A DNA stretch of 64,000 nucleotides from an uncultured delta proteobacterium (GTDB lineage: Bacteria > Desulfobacterota > BSN033 > UBA1163): NCBI GenBank assembly GCA_963708295.1, contig CAVPSJ010000004.1:224001-288000 (forward strand), given 5' to 3'. Positions 1 through 9,156 of this stretch are shown here, piece by piece. A program made the position numbers and the translations under genes. The notes under the pieces were generated by a model. That model had not been told where the DNA came from. It did no database searches and saw only the letters and a program-made list of their open reading frames with translations. Each line of letters begins with the position of its first letter. The stretch's first letter is position 1.

Positions 1-1142
1 TAGGCGGCTTTACAGCTTAAACAAAGAGTGTTTTCTCCCTTGGGGGCATGGGATGGATTGACCTTTGATGGGGCAAGGAGGTAGAAGGGAGCCTTTTCTG
101 GAATTCGATTCTCGTAGAGGCCCTGAAATTCTTTCTGGAGTTGATCCTCGAAAAACACCTCATTATTTGAAATGGAAAGCTCATCCAACTCCCCCTCGAT
201 TCCCAGATAGAGGATAAAATAAGAAAGTGTAGGCCTCATCCCTTTTAATTTTGATCGAAAGCCGCTTGGAAGACGGTCCTCCCCGATGAGGTCTGAAAAG
301 GTGTGATGGGCATCGACATTGGAAATGGCGATCTTCCCTGTGATCTCCCGGCCGTCCTTCAACCGGACCCCCGTGGCCCTCTTCTCTTGGATCATAATCT
401 GCTGAACCTCGTGACCGGTCAAGATCTGTCCACCCATTTTCTTAAGGGCTTCTCCCATTTTCAGGGGAAGTTGTTCCACCTTTCCTTCCACACAGGAGAC
501 CCCGTAATTAAAATAGGACATCTCAATTCCCGCCATCCCCACTGCAGAAACCTCTTCAGGCGGAAGCAGCGCGTAAGAACTTCGTATGGCAAGGAGGGTT
601 TTCAAAAAAGGATTGGAAATAAATTCGTTCAGAAGCTCCCCATAAGTCTTATCCTTATATTGTGAGAGAGAAGGATATTGAGCTTGAACGGAGGAAGGAT
701 TGAACCAATTGAGAGACGATGGAATGCTTGAAAATTCTTCAAAGATCTTTTTCAGGACGGCATAGATCTTTTCAATTCCCTTTCGCTCTCCTGGAAAGAG
801 GGACGATAGATTTTCAAGATGGGTCTCCAGTTTTGAGGATTGAATCACCTTCCGATCCGGAAAAAGATATTCCCTCGCCGGTTCGAGTGGGATGAAATGG
901 ATTTGGTCTAACAGGCTTAATTGTCTCAGAATTCTCCATATCCTCCCTCCTTCCTGGCATTCGCCCAAAGACTGAACGGAGAGATCGAAGGAAAATCCAT
1001 CTTTTTCAAAAGACGTGCAGCACCCGCCCACTTTCTGATTCTTCTCAATCATCAGCACCTTCAATCCTTTTTGGGCGAGAAGACAACCACAGGTGAGCCC
1101 TGCCATCCCTGCTCCGATGATGAGAACATCTGCATCTGGCAT
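1..1142 (-). CDS. NAD(P)/FAD-dependent oxidoreductase, phytoene desaturase / retinol saturase-like (3' end beyond window)
   Basis: Manual translation from ATG 1142: MPDADVLIIGAGMAGLTCGCLLAQKGLKVLMIEKNQKVGGCCTSFEKDGFSFD (Rossmann GxGxxG plus GG..F.FD motif); absent from ORF track because it runs off the edge. Confidence 0.85.
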   Translation of the reverse strand, partial: MPDADVLIIGAGMAGLTCGCLLAQKGLKVLMIEKNQKVGGCCTSFEKDGFSFDLSVQSLGECQEGGRIWRILRQLSLLDQIHFIPLEPAREYLFPDRKVIQSSKLETHLENLSSLFPGERKGIEKIYAVLKKIFEEFSSIPSSLNWFNPSSVQAQYPSLSQYKDKTYGELLNEFISNPFLKTLLAIRSSYALLPPEEVSAVGMAGIEMSYFNYGVSCVEGKVEQLPLKMGEALKKMGGQILTGHEVQQIMIQEKRATGVRLKDGREITGKIAISNVDAHHTFSDLIGEDRLPSGFRSKLKGMRPTLSYFILYLGIEGELDELSISNNEVFFEDQLQKEFQGLYENRIPEKAPFYLLAPSKVNPSHAPKGENTLCLSCKAA

Positions 1143-1255
1143 AATTTAAAAGTATAACACAGCGTTTCAGGCTTCGTCGAATCACCCCCTCTCTTGCAAA
1201 CCGTCTTGTAGCTGAAACAGGTTGATCGTTTTACAATTGACGTGCGAGATCTCAT

Positions 1256-2098
1256 ATGGCCAACCCTAGAAAGTTTGTCCCGGGAATTGTCCCTCCCGAA
1301 GTCCAATCCGACCCTGCCTGGTGGTTTGTCTTCCAGGAGAGCAAACTTCTCGTCTATCAGAAACCCGATTCCATCACTATCCCTTTTCTGATTAAGCCCG
1401 ACGAATTGAGTCTAATTTTCATCAGGCAGAATTATCTCGGTCATCTGGACAATGACCATTGCTATGCGGCCGAAGTGGCTGAAGGAACGATTCCGCCCGA
1501 GGGGATGACCTTTGAGGGGTTGCGCCAGGTGTACGGTCGTTTGGATGAAGACCTCTTCTGGATCGCGGCCCGTGCCGTTCAAATCATCGATTGGGACAGG
1601 ACCCACCGGTTTTGCGGCCGGTGTGGCGTCCCCTTAAAATCGAGAACCACTGAGCGGGCGAAAGAATGCCCTCAATGCGGTCTGCTTCACTTCCCCCGCC
1701 TGGCTCCGGCAATCATTGTTCTAGTCCAGAGAGGAAATCAATTGCTTCTGGCCCGTTCCCGTCACTTTATGCCGGGGATGTACAGCGTTCTCGCCGGATT
1801 TGTCGAGCCGGGTGAGTCACTGGAAGAGGCAGTGGTGAGAGAGGTAAAGGAAGAAGTAGGGATAGAGATCAAGGACATAAAATATTTCGGAAGCCAGCCC
1901 TGGCCCTTTCCCCATTCTCTCATGATTGGATTCACAGCGACTTACGCCGGCGGGGAAATTTCGCTCGACGACAAAGAGATCGAGGATGCGGGTTGGTACA
2001 TTGCTGAAAAGTTGCCGCGCCTCCCGGGAAAAATCAGCATCGCCCGAAAGCTGATCGACGGGTTCGTTGTGAAACAGGGAAGACTTCAAGAAGATTGA
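1256..2098 (+). CDS. nudC: NADH pyrophosphatase NudC
   Basis: Zn ribbon FCGRCG..CPQC, Nudix box GFVEPGESLEEAVVREVKEEVG, SQPWPFPHS signature. Confidence 0.95.
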   Translation: MANPRKFVPGIVPPEVQSDPAWWFVFQESKLLVYQKPDSITIPFLIKPDELSLIFIRQNYLGHLDNDHCYAAEVAEGTIPPEGMTFEGLRQVYGRLDEDLFWIAARAVQIIDWDRTHRFCGRCGVPLKSRTTERAKECPQCGLLHFPRLAPAIIVLVQRGNQLLLARSRHFMPGMYSVLAGFVEPGESLEEAVVREVKEEVGIEIKDIKYFGSQPWPFPHSLMIGFTATYAGGEISLDDKEIEDAGWYIAEKLPRLPGKISIARKLIDGFVVKQGRLQED

Positions 2099-2143
2099 TT
2101 TACAAATTTCTACTCGTCAGTCATCACGAACCTGACCAAGATG

Positions 2144-2254
2144 GTGCAACTTTTGTTGCACAGTCAACCTTCTTTACTAAAGGCTAATTTAATGATTTTA
2201 ATAGCTTTCCGGAAGACGGCTGAAATCATGTCAACTTCTGTTGCATCCTGTTGA
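2144..2254. promoter_or_regulatory. Two palindromic operator/enhancer sites (candidate bEBP UAS)
   Basis: GTGCAAC-tttt-GTTGCAC (2144-2161, perfect) and TGTCAAC-ttct-GTTGCA (2229-2245), ~100-190 bp upstream of a -24/-12 motif. Confidence 0.55.
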
Positions 2255-2335
2255 TCCCTTCTTTTCTCCTGCAACCGTTCAGGAAATCCTGCAATTACAA
2301 AAAGTTAGTCGAAAAAAAATTTAAGTTCGCTCACT

Positions 2336-2353
2336 CCGGTATGCCCTTTGCTT
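2336..2353 (+). promoter_or_regulatory. sigma-54 (-24/-12) promoter
   Basis: cGGtatgccctttGCt: GG(2338-39)-N10-GC(2350-51) with TTGCT; A-tract and UAS-like palindromes upstream. Confidence 0.55.
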
Positions 2354-2362
2354 AGTATTGCA

Positions 2363-2540
2363 GCCATGATCGAACTTACAGACAGCTCTCCCCCGCTAGG
2401 AGACTGTGCCGCAATGGAACGTCTGAGGGGAGAGGCAGCCGGGCTCCAAAGCTTTAGAATGCGGGTCCGACCACCCCTCCCCTTTTCCCAGAAGCCGTAT
2501 TTTCATATTACGACACAGTCTCTAGAGGGAGTGGGCGAGG
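2363..2540 (+). ncRNA. Candidate rod-shaped structured RNA / 5' leader
   Basis: Nested helices: CTCCC/GGGAG, CTA/TAG, GAGACTGTG(2400-08)/CACAGTCTC(2514-22), GAGGGGAG/CTCCCCTT, CGGGCTC/GGGTCCG. Confidence 0.45.
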
Positions 2541-2623
2541 CGAGGGAAAGATTCAAGTGCGAGAAAGAAAATCCGTGAACCTTTCTTGATGACGGATGGG
2601 ACCAAGGAGTACTGGAGCCTCTG

Positions 2624-2806
2624 ATGAAGTGTGATCGCTGTGGAAGCGCTATGATCCAGGAGAAATTTTATGGTCATCAGGAACATTTCTTCGGATGGAA
2701 GTGCATCTATTGCGGAGAGATCGTTGACCATTTAATCCTTGAAAATAGGCAATCCCCGAGCCGGATGGAGAAGCAAAGAGAAAAAGCAGAAGAACTGGAT
2801 ACGTGA
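2624..2806 (+). CDS. Small CxxC..CxxC zinc-ribbon protein
   Basis: MKCDRCGSAM..EKFYG..GWKCIYCGEIVD; SD-like AAGGAG/GGAG upstream; paralog at 52612-52782. Confidence 0.8.
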   Translation: MKCDRCGSAMIQEKFYGHQEHFFGWKCIYCGEIVDHLILENRQSPSRMEKQREKAEELDT

Positions 2807-2919
2807 TCTTGCAATTCCGTGAATTCATCTCAACGCAGCAATCGTACCCAACTGCTCTCGACAATGCTTAGGATGGGACGAAACGCTAATCGATCAAAAG
2901 CGGGGGCTTCAGATCTGAA

Positions 2920-3105
2920 ATGAACGACAATTTTGATCCGAAAAGGTATGGTATGGTTTTTTGTCTGGAATGTAATGGGAACGGAAAATTACTCACCGAC
3001 TCCGACGATATTCAGATTTGTCCGAAATGCGGCGGTTTTGGGTTTGTCAAAAAAGAAAATGAGCCGGAAAAGAAAAAAGATAGCAGCACCCTCCTTAATA
3101 AATGA
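2920..3105 (+). CDS. Small DnaJ-type CxxCxGxG zinc-finger protein
   Basis: CLECNGNG..CPKCGGFG. Confidence 0.7.
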   Translation: MNDNFDPKRYGMVFCLECNGNGKLLTDSDDIQICPKCGGFGFVKKENEPEKKKDSSTLLNK

Positions 3106-3514
3106 TAAGGAAACAGGCTTAGATGGTCAGCTTCACAGAATGCGATGATGCTCCCGTAAACCTCCTTTCTCAGGACTTCTTCAAATTTACCTGAACATCC
3201 AAGAACTTATGTGTGCCCATTTATTGGGCAAAACGGTGGAGATAGCCTCCTCCAAGAGGAAGCGTATCCAATTCCACAGCTTTTCCACATTGCCCTGTGG
3301 ATTCACAAGAAAAACCCTTTCAGAACAATTTTTTTCAGACTGAACCTCATCTCACTGAATTCTCCACCCGGGGATGCCAGATCCGTGGCAATGATGACAT
3401 TAGGATCTAATTCGACAGAGAAACCTTTTACATTGAAAGCCTTTTATGGTATATATTGCTGGACAATGAAATAAGGAAGAGAGCACAATTCCTTGTCGAG
3501 ATAGGAATTTGAGA

Positions 3515-4048
3515 ATGGAAACTCCGGGATTTACCATTCTTGTGGTTGATGACGAAGAATTATTACGAAGGTTTATCATGACTTTTTTGTCCCAGCTGGG
3601 ATATTCCTGTGTCGCAGCGCTGGATGGAGTTGATGCTCTGGATAAGATGAAGGAAAATAAAATCAATGCTGTGATCACAGATATAAAGATGCCCAAGATG
3701 GATGGAATTCTTCTTACCAAGGAGATCTCAACACGATACCCAGGGGTTCCTGTCATGGTGATGACGGCATTCGATGAAGAGTATTCCGCGGGCACGGCGA
3801 TTTCTCTGGGGGCCCGAGAATTTATAAAGAAGCCATTCTCTCCTGAGGAGTTTGCCATCAGATTGAGTAAGATGATCGGCGACTCAGAAATCATAAAGGG
3901 AGCGAAAAGTGGAAAGGATGCAGACAAAGACACTCAGCGATACATGAATGAGTCAGAAACCCAGAAAAAGATAAGGGATGAGACGAAAACAGACGAGGAT
4001 ATCGAAAAACTTGTGGATGACCTACTGAAACCCTCGAAGAAAAGTTAG
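3515..4048 (+). CDS. Single-domain response regulator with charged C-terminal tail
   Basis: REC motifs ILVVDDE, TDIKMPKMDG, MTA, FIKKPF. Confidence 0.9.
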   Translation: METPGFTILVVDDEELLRRFIMTFLSQLGYSCVAALDGVDALDKMKENKINAVITDIKMPKMDGILLTKEISTRYPGVPVMVMTAFDEEYSAGTAISLGAREFIKKPFSPEEFAIRLSKMIGDSEIIKGAKSGKDADKDTQRYMNESETQKKIRDETKTDEDIEKLVDDLLKPSKKS

Positions 4049-4278
4049 AAACTCCGGCCATCAAAGCCTCAATAACAAAGTAATACTTCTCACCTAAGGG
4101 CTGTGCTTCTTTAGCACCCCAGTTAACCGTTGACCTATCGAACTCTGGAGGCAAGCCTCTTTTCACAATCCAAAACGCTGCCTATCTGTGATTGAAAAAA
4201 GGAAAAGGCAGGGTTAGAGATGGCTCTGCTTTTCTATTTATGCCCGTTTGAACAGCCGTTCAATTGCGAATTTCCATT

Positions 4279-5577
4279 TTACGTATGACTATTCCCTTCG
4301 CTAAACGGTTTGAACCATAAAGAAATATTGGACCCACCGTTGGAGGCGCTATTAAGGATAGCTGAACGTATCTCCATTTTCTTCGGCTGCCCCAGGACTA
4401 CGTTCAAATCGCATCGGGGGTCGAGATGCTCTGTTCCAATAGTGGGAGGAATCATTCCGTGATAAAGACTCAAGGCCATCCCACAGGCCCTGCTGCCTCC
4501 CGAACCGTCGAATTCCCCGAGCATCGATTTGAGGCTGCCGACCGAAATCTCTTTTGCCCTTTGTCCAAAAACTTTTTTGATTGCAAGGGCCTCTCCTTCA
4601 TCCAGATCAGGAGTGGAGTTAGCGGCTGCTGAGATGTAATCGACTGTCTGGAGTTCATTGGCTGCTAAAGTCATGCTCTTTGCAATCGAATCTCCCTCGA
4701 TGTCATATCGAAGAAGTCCGCCCGTGCTCCCCGAAAGCCCGGCGCCAGCCATCTCGGCGTAAATTCTTGCGCCTCTCTTCTCTGCATGCTCCAATGTCTC
4801 CAGGACAAGGATCCCGCTTCCTTCGCCAAGGACAATACCGTTCCGATTCTGATCAAAAGGCCTCATCCCCTCGACACCTTTTCCTCTTCCCGGGGATAGC
4901 GCCCCGAGCATCGAATAGACATGATAGAGGGGCTCACTCAACTCGTCGCCACCCCCTGCAAAGATGACGTCTGCCCTTCCCTCTTTCAACAAATGATAGG
5001 CAAAAGTCATGGCCATTTCTGTGGAGGATTCTTTGTGGGAGAAGGTGATATTGACTCCCTTAATTCCGTACTCGATGGCACAGTGGCTCGTGATGGCGTT
5101 GGGCACGGCTGTCTGGAATAGCAGGGGGGCAGCCCCAAGAGGCCCATCTTTTAAAAGGGAACGAAAGAACTGGTCCACGGTATCCGAACTCCCGAGACCT
5201 GTTCCGATAGAAATCCCTATTCGGCCGGAGTCCTCTTCCTTTAGGTCGAGGCCTGAATCATCTATCGCTAGCCGAACGGACGAAACAACGACTTTGCCAA
5301 TCCGATCCATCCTTCTAAGATTGGCGGGTTTGATAAAAGCTTTGAAATCAATCTCAGGGAGTTGGGCGCCTAATCGAGAACGGTAGGAACTCACATCAAA
5401 CCTCTGGATCGGCTTGATTCCGGAGACGCCCCGAAGACAGTTCTCCCAAAACGTTTCCTTCCCGACGCCGATAGACGAAACGATACCCAAGCCGGTAATG
5501 ACAACACGATGATCGTTCGGCGAGTCCGGAGTTCGGAGCTCGGGGTTCGGAGTTTTTTCAAAAGTCTTATTGTCCAC
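4279..5577 (-). CDS. Non-catalytic beta-ketoacyl synthase homolog (KS-beta / chain-length-factor-like)
   Basis: FabF fold (RVVITGLG) but catalytic motifs replaced: TFSHKESS, ISAAANST, KSMLGEFDG; GTG start chosen from upstream AGGAAG. Confidence 0.85.
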   Translation of the reverse strand: MDNKTFEKTPNPELRTPDSPNDHRVVITGLGIVSSIGVGKETFWENCLRGVSGIKPIQRFDVSSYRSRLGAQLPEIDFKAFIKPANLRRMDRIGKVVVSSVRLAIDDSGLDLKEEDSGRIGISIGTGLGSSDTVDQFFRSLLKDGPLGAAPLLFQTAVPNAITSHCAIEYGIKGVNITFSHKESSTEMAMTFAYHLLKEGRADVIFAGGGDELSEPLYHVYSMLGALSPGRGKGVEGMRPFDQNRNGIVLGEGSGILVLETLEHAEKRGARIYAEMAGAGLSGSTGGLLRYDIEGDSIAKSMTLAANELQTVDYISAAANSTPDLDEGEALAIKKVFGQRAKEISVGSLKSMLGEFDGSGGSRACGMALSLYHGMIPPTIGTEHLDPRCDLNVVLGQPKKMEIRSAILNSASNGGSNISLWFKPFSEGNSHT

Positions 5578-5795
5578 TTCTATCTTCCTATTATTAAAGG
5601 GCCCGTAATTGAATAGACATCTGATGAGTCCCACCCCCGCCCTTTCCCTCCCCCTGAAGGGGAGGGAAATCGTTACGTTCCTCCCCCTTCAAGGGGAAGG
5701 TTAGGAAGGGGATGGGGATTTGCCGGAGTACTATAGTCATATCTTCCCAATTACGTCCTTAGTAAATGGTCACTCCGAACTCATTACTCCGAACT
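5515..5795. repeat. Nested inverted-repeat element (heptamer arrays > IR > REP hairpins)
   Basis: GAGTTCG arrays 5515-5554 vs ACTCCGA 5772-5795; CGTAATTG../..CAATTACG IR inside; CCCTCCCCCTGAAGGGGAGGG hairpins 5632-5718. Confidence 0.75.
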
Positions 5796-7004
5796 AAACT
5801 TCCCAAACACCAGGCACACATTGTTCCCGCCGAAGGCAAAAGAATTTGAGAGGGCAATTCGAACATCCTTTCTGATGGATTGATTGGGTGTATAATTCAG
5901 ATCGCAAAGGGGATCGGGAACTTCATAGTGAATCGTAGGGGGAATGATCCCCGTCTCCAGAGTCATCACGGTAGCTGCGGCCTCGATGCCCCCGGCAGAG
6001 CCGAGACAATGTCCCACCATCGATTTGATCCCGCTGATCGGGATGGCTTTCGCCCTTTCTGCGAAAACTCTTTTGACCCCCCGTGTCTCGGCAATGTCAT
6101 TGAAGGGCGTTGCCGTCCCGTGTGCGTTGATGGTATCGACCTCTTCCGAAGAAACTCCGGCATGGTTCAAAGCGATGCGGATCACCCTCTCCACGCCCTC
6201 TCCATTGGGCTCCGGCGCGGTGAGATGGTAGGCATCCGCACAGATTCCATATCCCAGAAATTCCGCATGAACCGGGACGCCCCTCTTGAGAGCGTGCTCC
6301 AGGTCCTCGATGATCAGGATGCCTGCTCCTTCACCGATGACCAAACCCTGTCTTCTCTTGTCGAAGGGTTTACAATTTTCAGGATCCATCAGCTTCAGAC
6401 TGCTGAATCCGCTATAAGAAACTTCACAAAGAGAATCACTTCCGCCCGTCACCATCACATCGGCCAGGCCCATTTGAATCATTTCGTAGGCGACACCGAT
6501 GGAGGCGGAACTCGAGGAACAGACGGTCGCGGTGGTGGTCCGGGGTCCCTTGAGTCCCGACTCAATGGCGATGTGGTCTGTTGTGGTAGCGAGGGAATAA
6601 GAAATCAGAAGCGAAGGAGAGGATTTCTTCGTCCCCTGATAATAGTCCCTGAAATATTTCTCTACAGAGAGAATGCCGCCGGAACCTGCTCCCAATACAA
6701 CCCCTATCCTTTCCTTGTCATGCGGATGCTGGTCAAGACGGGCGGATCTCCAGGCTTCTCTGAAGGCAATCAAGCCGAACTGGTCGCATCGGGAGAGGCG
6801 TCGAATCTCTTTTTTCGAAAAATGGGCCTCCGTGTCCAAATGGGAAACCTCTGCGGCGATCTTTGTCCGGTAGGCAGCGGGATCAAAGACCGTAATCTCC
6901 TTTGTCCCATCTTTTCCCTCAATCAGGGAGTTCCAGAACTCAGGGAGGCTGTTTCCCACTGCGCTGACGACGCCCAAGCCTGTGATCACAACCCTCTTCT
7001 TCAT
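5784..7004 (-). CDS. fabF: Beta-ketoacyl-ACP synthase II family (active KS)
   Basis: Intact Cys-His-His: TVCSSS, INAHGTAT, KSMVGHCLG; SNSFAFGGNN. Confidence 0.92.
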   Translation of the reverse strand: MKKRVVITGLGVVSAVGNSLPEFWNSLIEGKDGTKEITVFDPAAYRTKIAAEVSHLDTEAHFSKKEIRRLSRCDQFGLIAFREAWRSARLDQHPHDKERIGVVLGAGSGGILSVEKYFRDYYQGTKKSSPSLLISYSLATTTDHIAIESGLKGPRTTTATVCSSSSASIGVAYEMIQMGLADVMVTGGSDSLCEVSYSGFSSLKLMDPENCKPFDKRRQGLVIGEGAGILIIEDLEHALKRGVPVHAEFLGYGICADAYHLTAPEPNGEGVERVIRIALNHAGVSSEEVDTINAHGTATPFNDIAETRGVKRVFAERAKAIPISGIKSMVGHCLGSAGGIEAAATVMTLETGIIPPTIHYEVPDPLCDLNYTPNQSIRKDVRIALSNSFAFGGNNVCLVFGKFSSE

Positions 7005-7128
7005 TGAACCTCAGTAACTCAACTACGTGTCCATGCACGCTGAGACGTTTCGGCGCACAAGCGGGTCCGTTCTTCGTCCCCGGAAACCATAAAATTGTAT
7101 TCCCAAGTTTTCTAGAAAATAGCTTTTT

Positions 7129-7206
7129 GAAATCCCTCCCCACCTCCCTTTACAAAAGGGAGGAGTAACTTCCCCCTTTGTAAAAGGGGGATTGAGGGGG
7201 ATTTTC
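7129..7206. repeat. REP-like double palindrome
   Basis: CCTCCCTTTACAAAAGGGAGG and CCCCCTTTGTAAAAGGGGG inside AAATCCC../..GGGATTT ends. Confidence 0.75.
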
Positions 7207-7292
7207 ATCCTTCGTGAATGCCCAAACTGCAATGAAAGATTGCTCAGAAGATAAACCTTTCCAAAAACTTTCTCTCCGCTTTGGACGGTCCA

Positions 7293-8147
7293 TCACTTCG
7301 CATTACTTTTGAACGCCATTACCGTTTTGCTGACACCCGGGAAAAGAAGTTTTCTTCCGCTCAGGCTGAAAAGTACTTCTGCGAAACCTCCGAAAAGAAG
7401 AGAGGAGGTTCGCTTTCCCAGATTGCCCGGCAGCGTGTACCCTCCAATCGAGTGTTGACACTTTTCGAAACCAATTCTCTCCAAACATTGCTGAATCACC
7501 CTTGGCGAGAAATCGGAGAGATGGGCAGGTAGATCGTAAAGGCGATTCTTGATCCCAAAAAACTGGAGAAGGTTCTTGATCGGCGTGGTATGAGGATACC
7601 TCAACAGGAGGAGTCCTCCAGGCTTTAAAATTCGACAGCATTCTCTGAGAAATGCCATCGGATGAGAAAGGTGTTCGATGACATAGAACGCTGTGACCGC
7701 ATCGAAATCGTTATCCGGAAGACCTGCTCTTTCCAGCGGACCTGGAAAGATGGTCAGCCCCAAAACACCTCTTGCATAGTCCATCGCTTTTTGAGAAATC
7801 TCTACTCCCGCGGCCTCCCATCCTTTCTTCTTCATCTCGACCGGGAAAAAACCAAAGCCTGTTCCCACATCCAGGAGCCTTCCGTTTCTTCTATACTGAT
7901 GAACCAGATCGGCTGCCCGACGGAAGACAGGCTTCATCATTTTCTTCCATGATTCAATCGATGATTCTCCTTCCGGGAGATACTGCTGATAGAAATGATG
8001 AAGAGATTCCGCCGTGGGACGAGGATTGAGAAAGATGAATTGACAGGAGGGGCACCGGACCATCTGGAAAGATCCTTCAAGGTGAAGAGGGTTTCCTTTT
8101 GACCCCTTACAACTGGGGCAGTCGACTTCCTCCATTTCAAAATCCAT
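7293..8147 (-). CDS. Class I SAM methyltransferase with N-terminal CxxC..CxxC
   Basis: LLDVGTGFG, FDAVT..VIEH, LKPGG; CPSC..CPSC. Confidence 0.9.
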   Translation of the reverse strand: MDFEMEEVDCPSCKGSKGNPLHLEGSFQMVRCPSCQFIFLNPRPTAESLHHFYQQYLPEGESSIESWKKMMKPVFRRAADLVHQYRRNGRLLDVGTGFGFFPVEMKKKGWEAAGVEISQKAMDYARGVLGLTIFPGPLERAGLPDNDFDAVTAFYVIEHLSHPMAFLRECCRILKPGGLLLLRYPHTTPIKNLLQFFGIKNRLYDLPAHLSDFSPRVIQQCLERIGFEKCQHSIGGYTLPGNLGKRTSSLLFGGFAEVLFSLSGRKLLFPGVSKTVMAFKSNAK

Positions 8148-8180
8148 ATTCAACTCTTATACTGACCGCCAAAAGGAAGT

Positions 8181-8306
8181 TGTCATTGCGAGGAGCGAAG
8201 CGACGTGGCAATCCAATGAGATTGCTTCACGGAGTTTACCCCGAGCAAAATAATGAGATTCTTCGCTTCGCTCAGAATGACAAGAAGCGAAGGGTTCGCA
8301 ATGACA
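8181..8306. repeat. Nested REP/MITE-like palindromic element
   Basis: TGTCATTGCGA..TCGCAATGACA terminal IR; internal GCAATC/GATTGC and GAGATTCTTCGCTTCGCTCAGAATGAC unit. Confidence 0.8.
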
Positions 8307-8335
8307 TCCCATGCGCACCAACTTACTTAGGCCGT

Positions 8336-9055
8336 TCACTTTGGTAATCCCACTCCACCTCCTTTTATTAAAGGAGGATTAGGAATTGGCCTCACCGATT
8401 CGATCCACATCTCCACGGTCCGTGTGTAAAGTCTCCAATGCTTCAATCTCGATTGTTCTAGGAAGTCCCGACATTCCTTGAAGGTATAGGAAGATTGAAT
8501 CGATTCTATAAACCCTTTCCTCGCTTTAGGATGCTTTCCAAAAAAGGCTTTCCAGAGAAGATTGAAAATCCCAATGAACACAAAAGAGGCATCCCGATGA
8601 AAATCAACTATAACAAACGCTCCCCCTTCCTTCAAGGATCGGGCGACCTCGTTGAAGAAGTCCACAGGACGTTCTAAATGGTGGAGAGTGGTAATGCAGA
8701 GAACAAGGTCGAGAGAATGATCCTCAACGGGAAGAGAGTAGGCCGAGCCTACCTCAAACTCGATTTTGTCGGCCAATCCCTCTTCCTTCGCGTTTCTCCT
8801 GGCAATTTCGACCATCACCGGAGAGAGGTCAATCCCTTTAAATCGAATTTCTGGAAGGGCCTTTGATAAAAAAATGGGGAAGGTTCCCGGACCCGTTCCC
8901 ACATCAATGGCCCTTCCCTTCTCGATCCCCTTGGCCAACACTCGTTTGAGAACCCTCTGGCAAGGGAACCTCCCATATCGTTTGGCCATGCGGTTGTAAT
9001 ATTCCGCCAGCTCCTGATCCTCAATAATTTCAGGCTCTCTAACTCGCTCTTTCAT
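8336..9055 (-). CDS. Class I SAM-dependent methyltransferase (UbiE-like)
   Basis: AIDVGTGPG, GIDLSPVM, GSAYSLP, TTLHH. Confidence 0.9.
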   Translation of the reverse strand: MKERVREPEIIEDQELAEYYNRMAKRYGRFPCQRVLKRVLAKGIEKGRAIDVGTGPGTFPIFLSKALPEIRFKGIDLSPVMVEIARRNAKEEGLADKIEFEVGSAYSLPVEDHSLDLVLCITTLHHLERPVDFFNEVARSLKEGGAFVIVDFHRDASFVFIGIFNLLWKAFFGKHPKARKGFIESIQSSYTFKECRDFLEQSRLKHWRLYTRTVEMWIESVRPIPNPPLIKGGGVGLPK

Positions 9056-9156
9056 ACGTATTCCGGGGAAAATAGGTCGGGGTAATTCACTCTCCTGCCT
9101 GAGGTACACGTATCTTGGCAGTCGTGGAGCTCGGAGAATTCAATCTTTCTCAGCAC

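Noticed and set aside
2363-2540. Calling the rod RNA 6S RNA (ssrS)
   Set aside because: Shorter than typical, no usual neighbours, conserved motifs not recognised; kept only as candidate ncRNA
2348-2578. 76-aa ORF over the rod RNA
   Set aside because: TTG start lies inside the promoter motif, no SD, no recognisable motifs; base-pairing explains the region better
3120-3175. Strong minus-strand SD (GAAAGGAGGT)
   Set aside because: Followed by ACG and a stop within ~12 codons; no supportable CDS
5880-7007. 375-aa plus-strand ORF (also 15966-16619, 17008-17748, 19166-19867)
   Set aside because: Antisense shadows of well-supported minus-strand genes; no motifs
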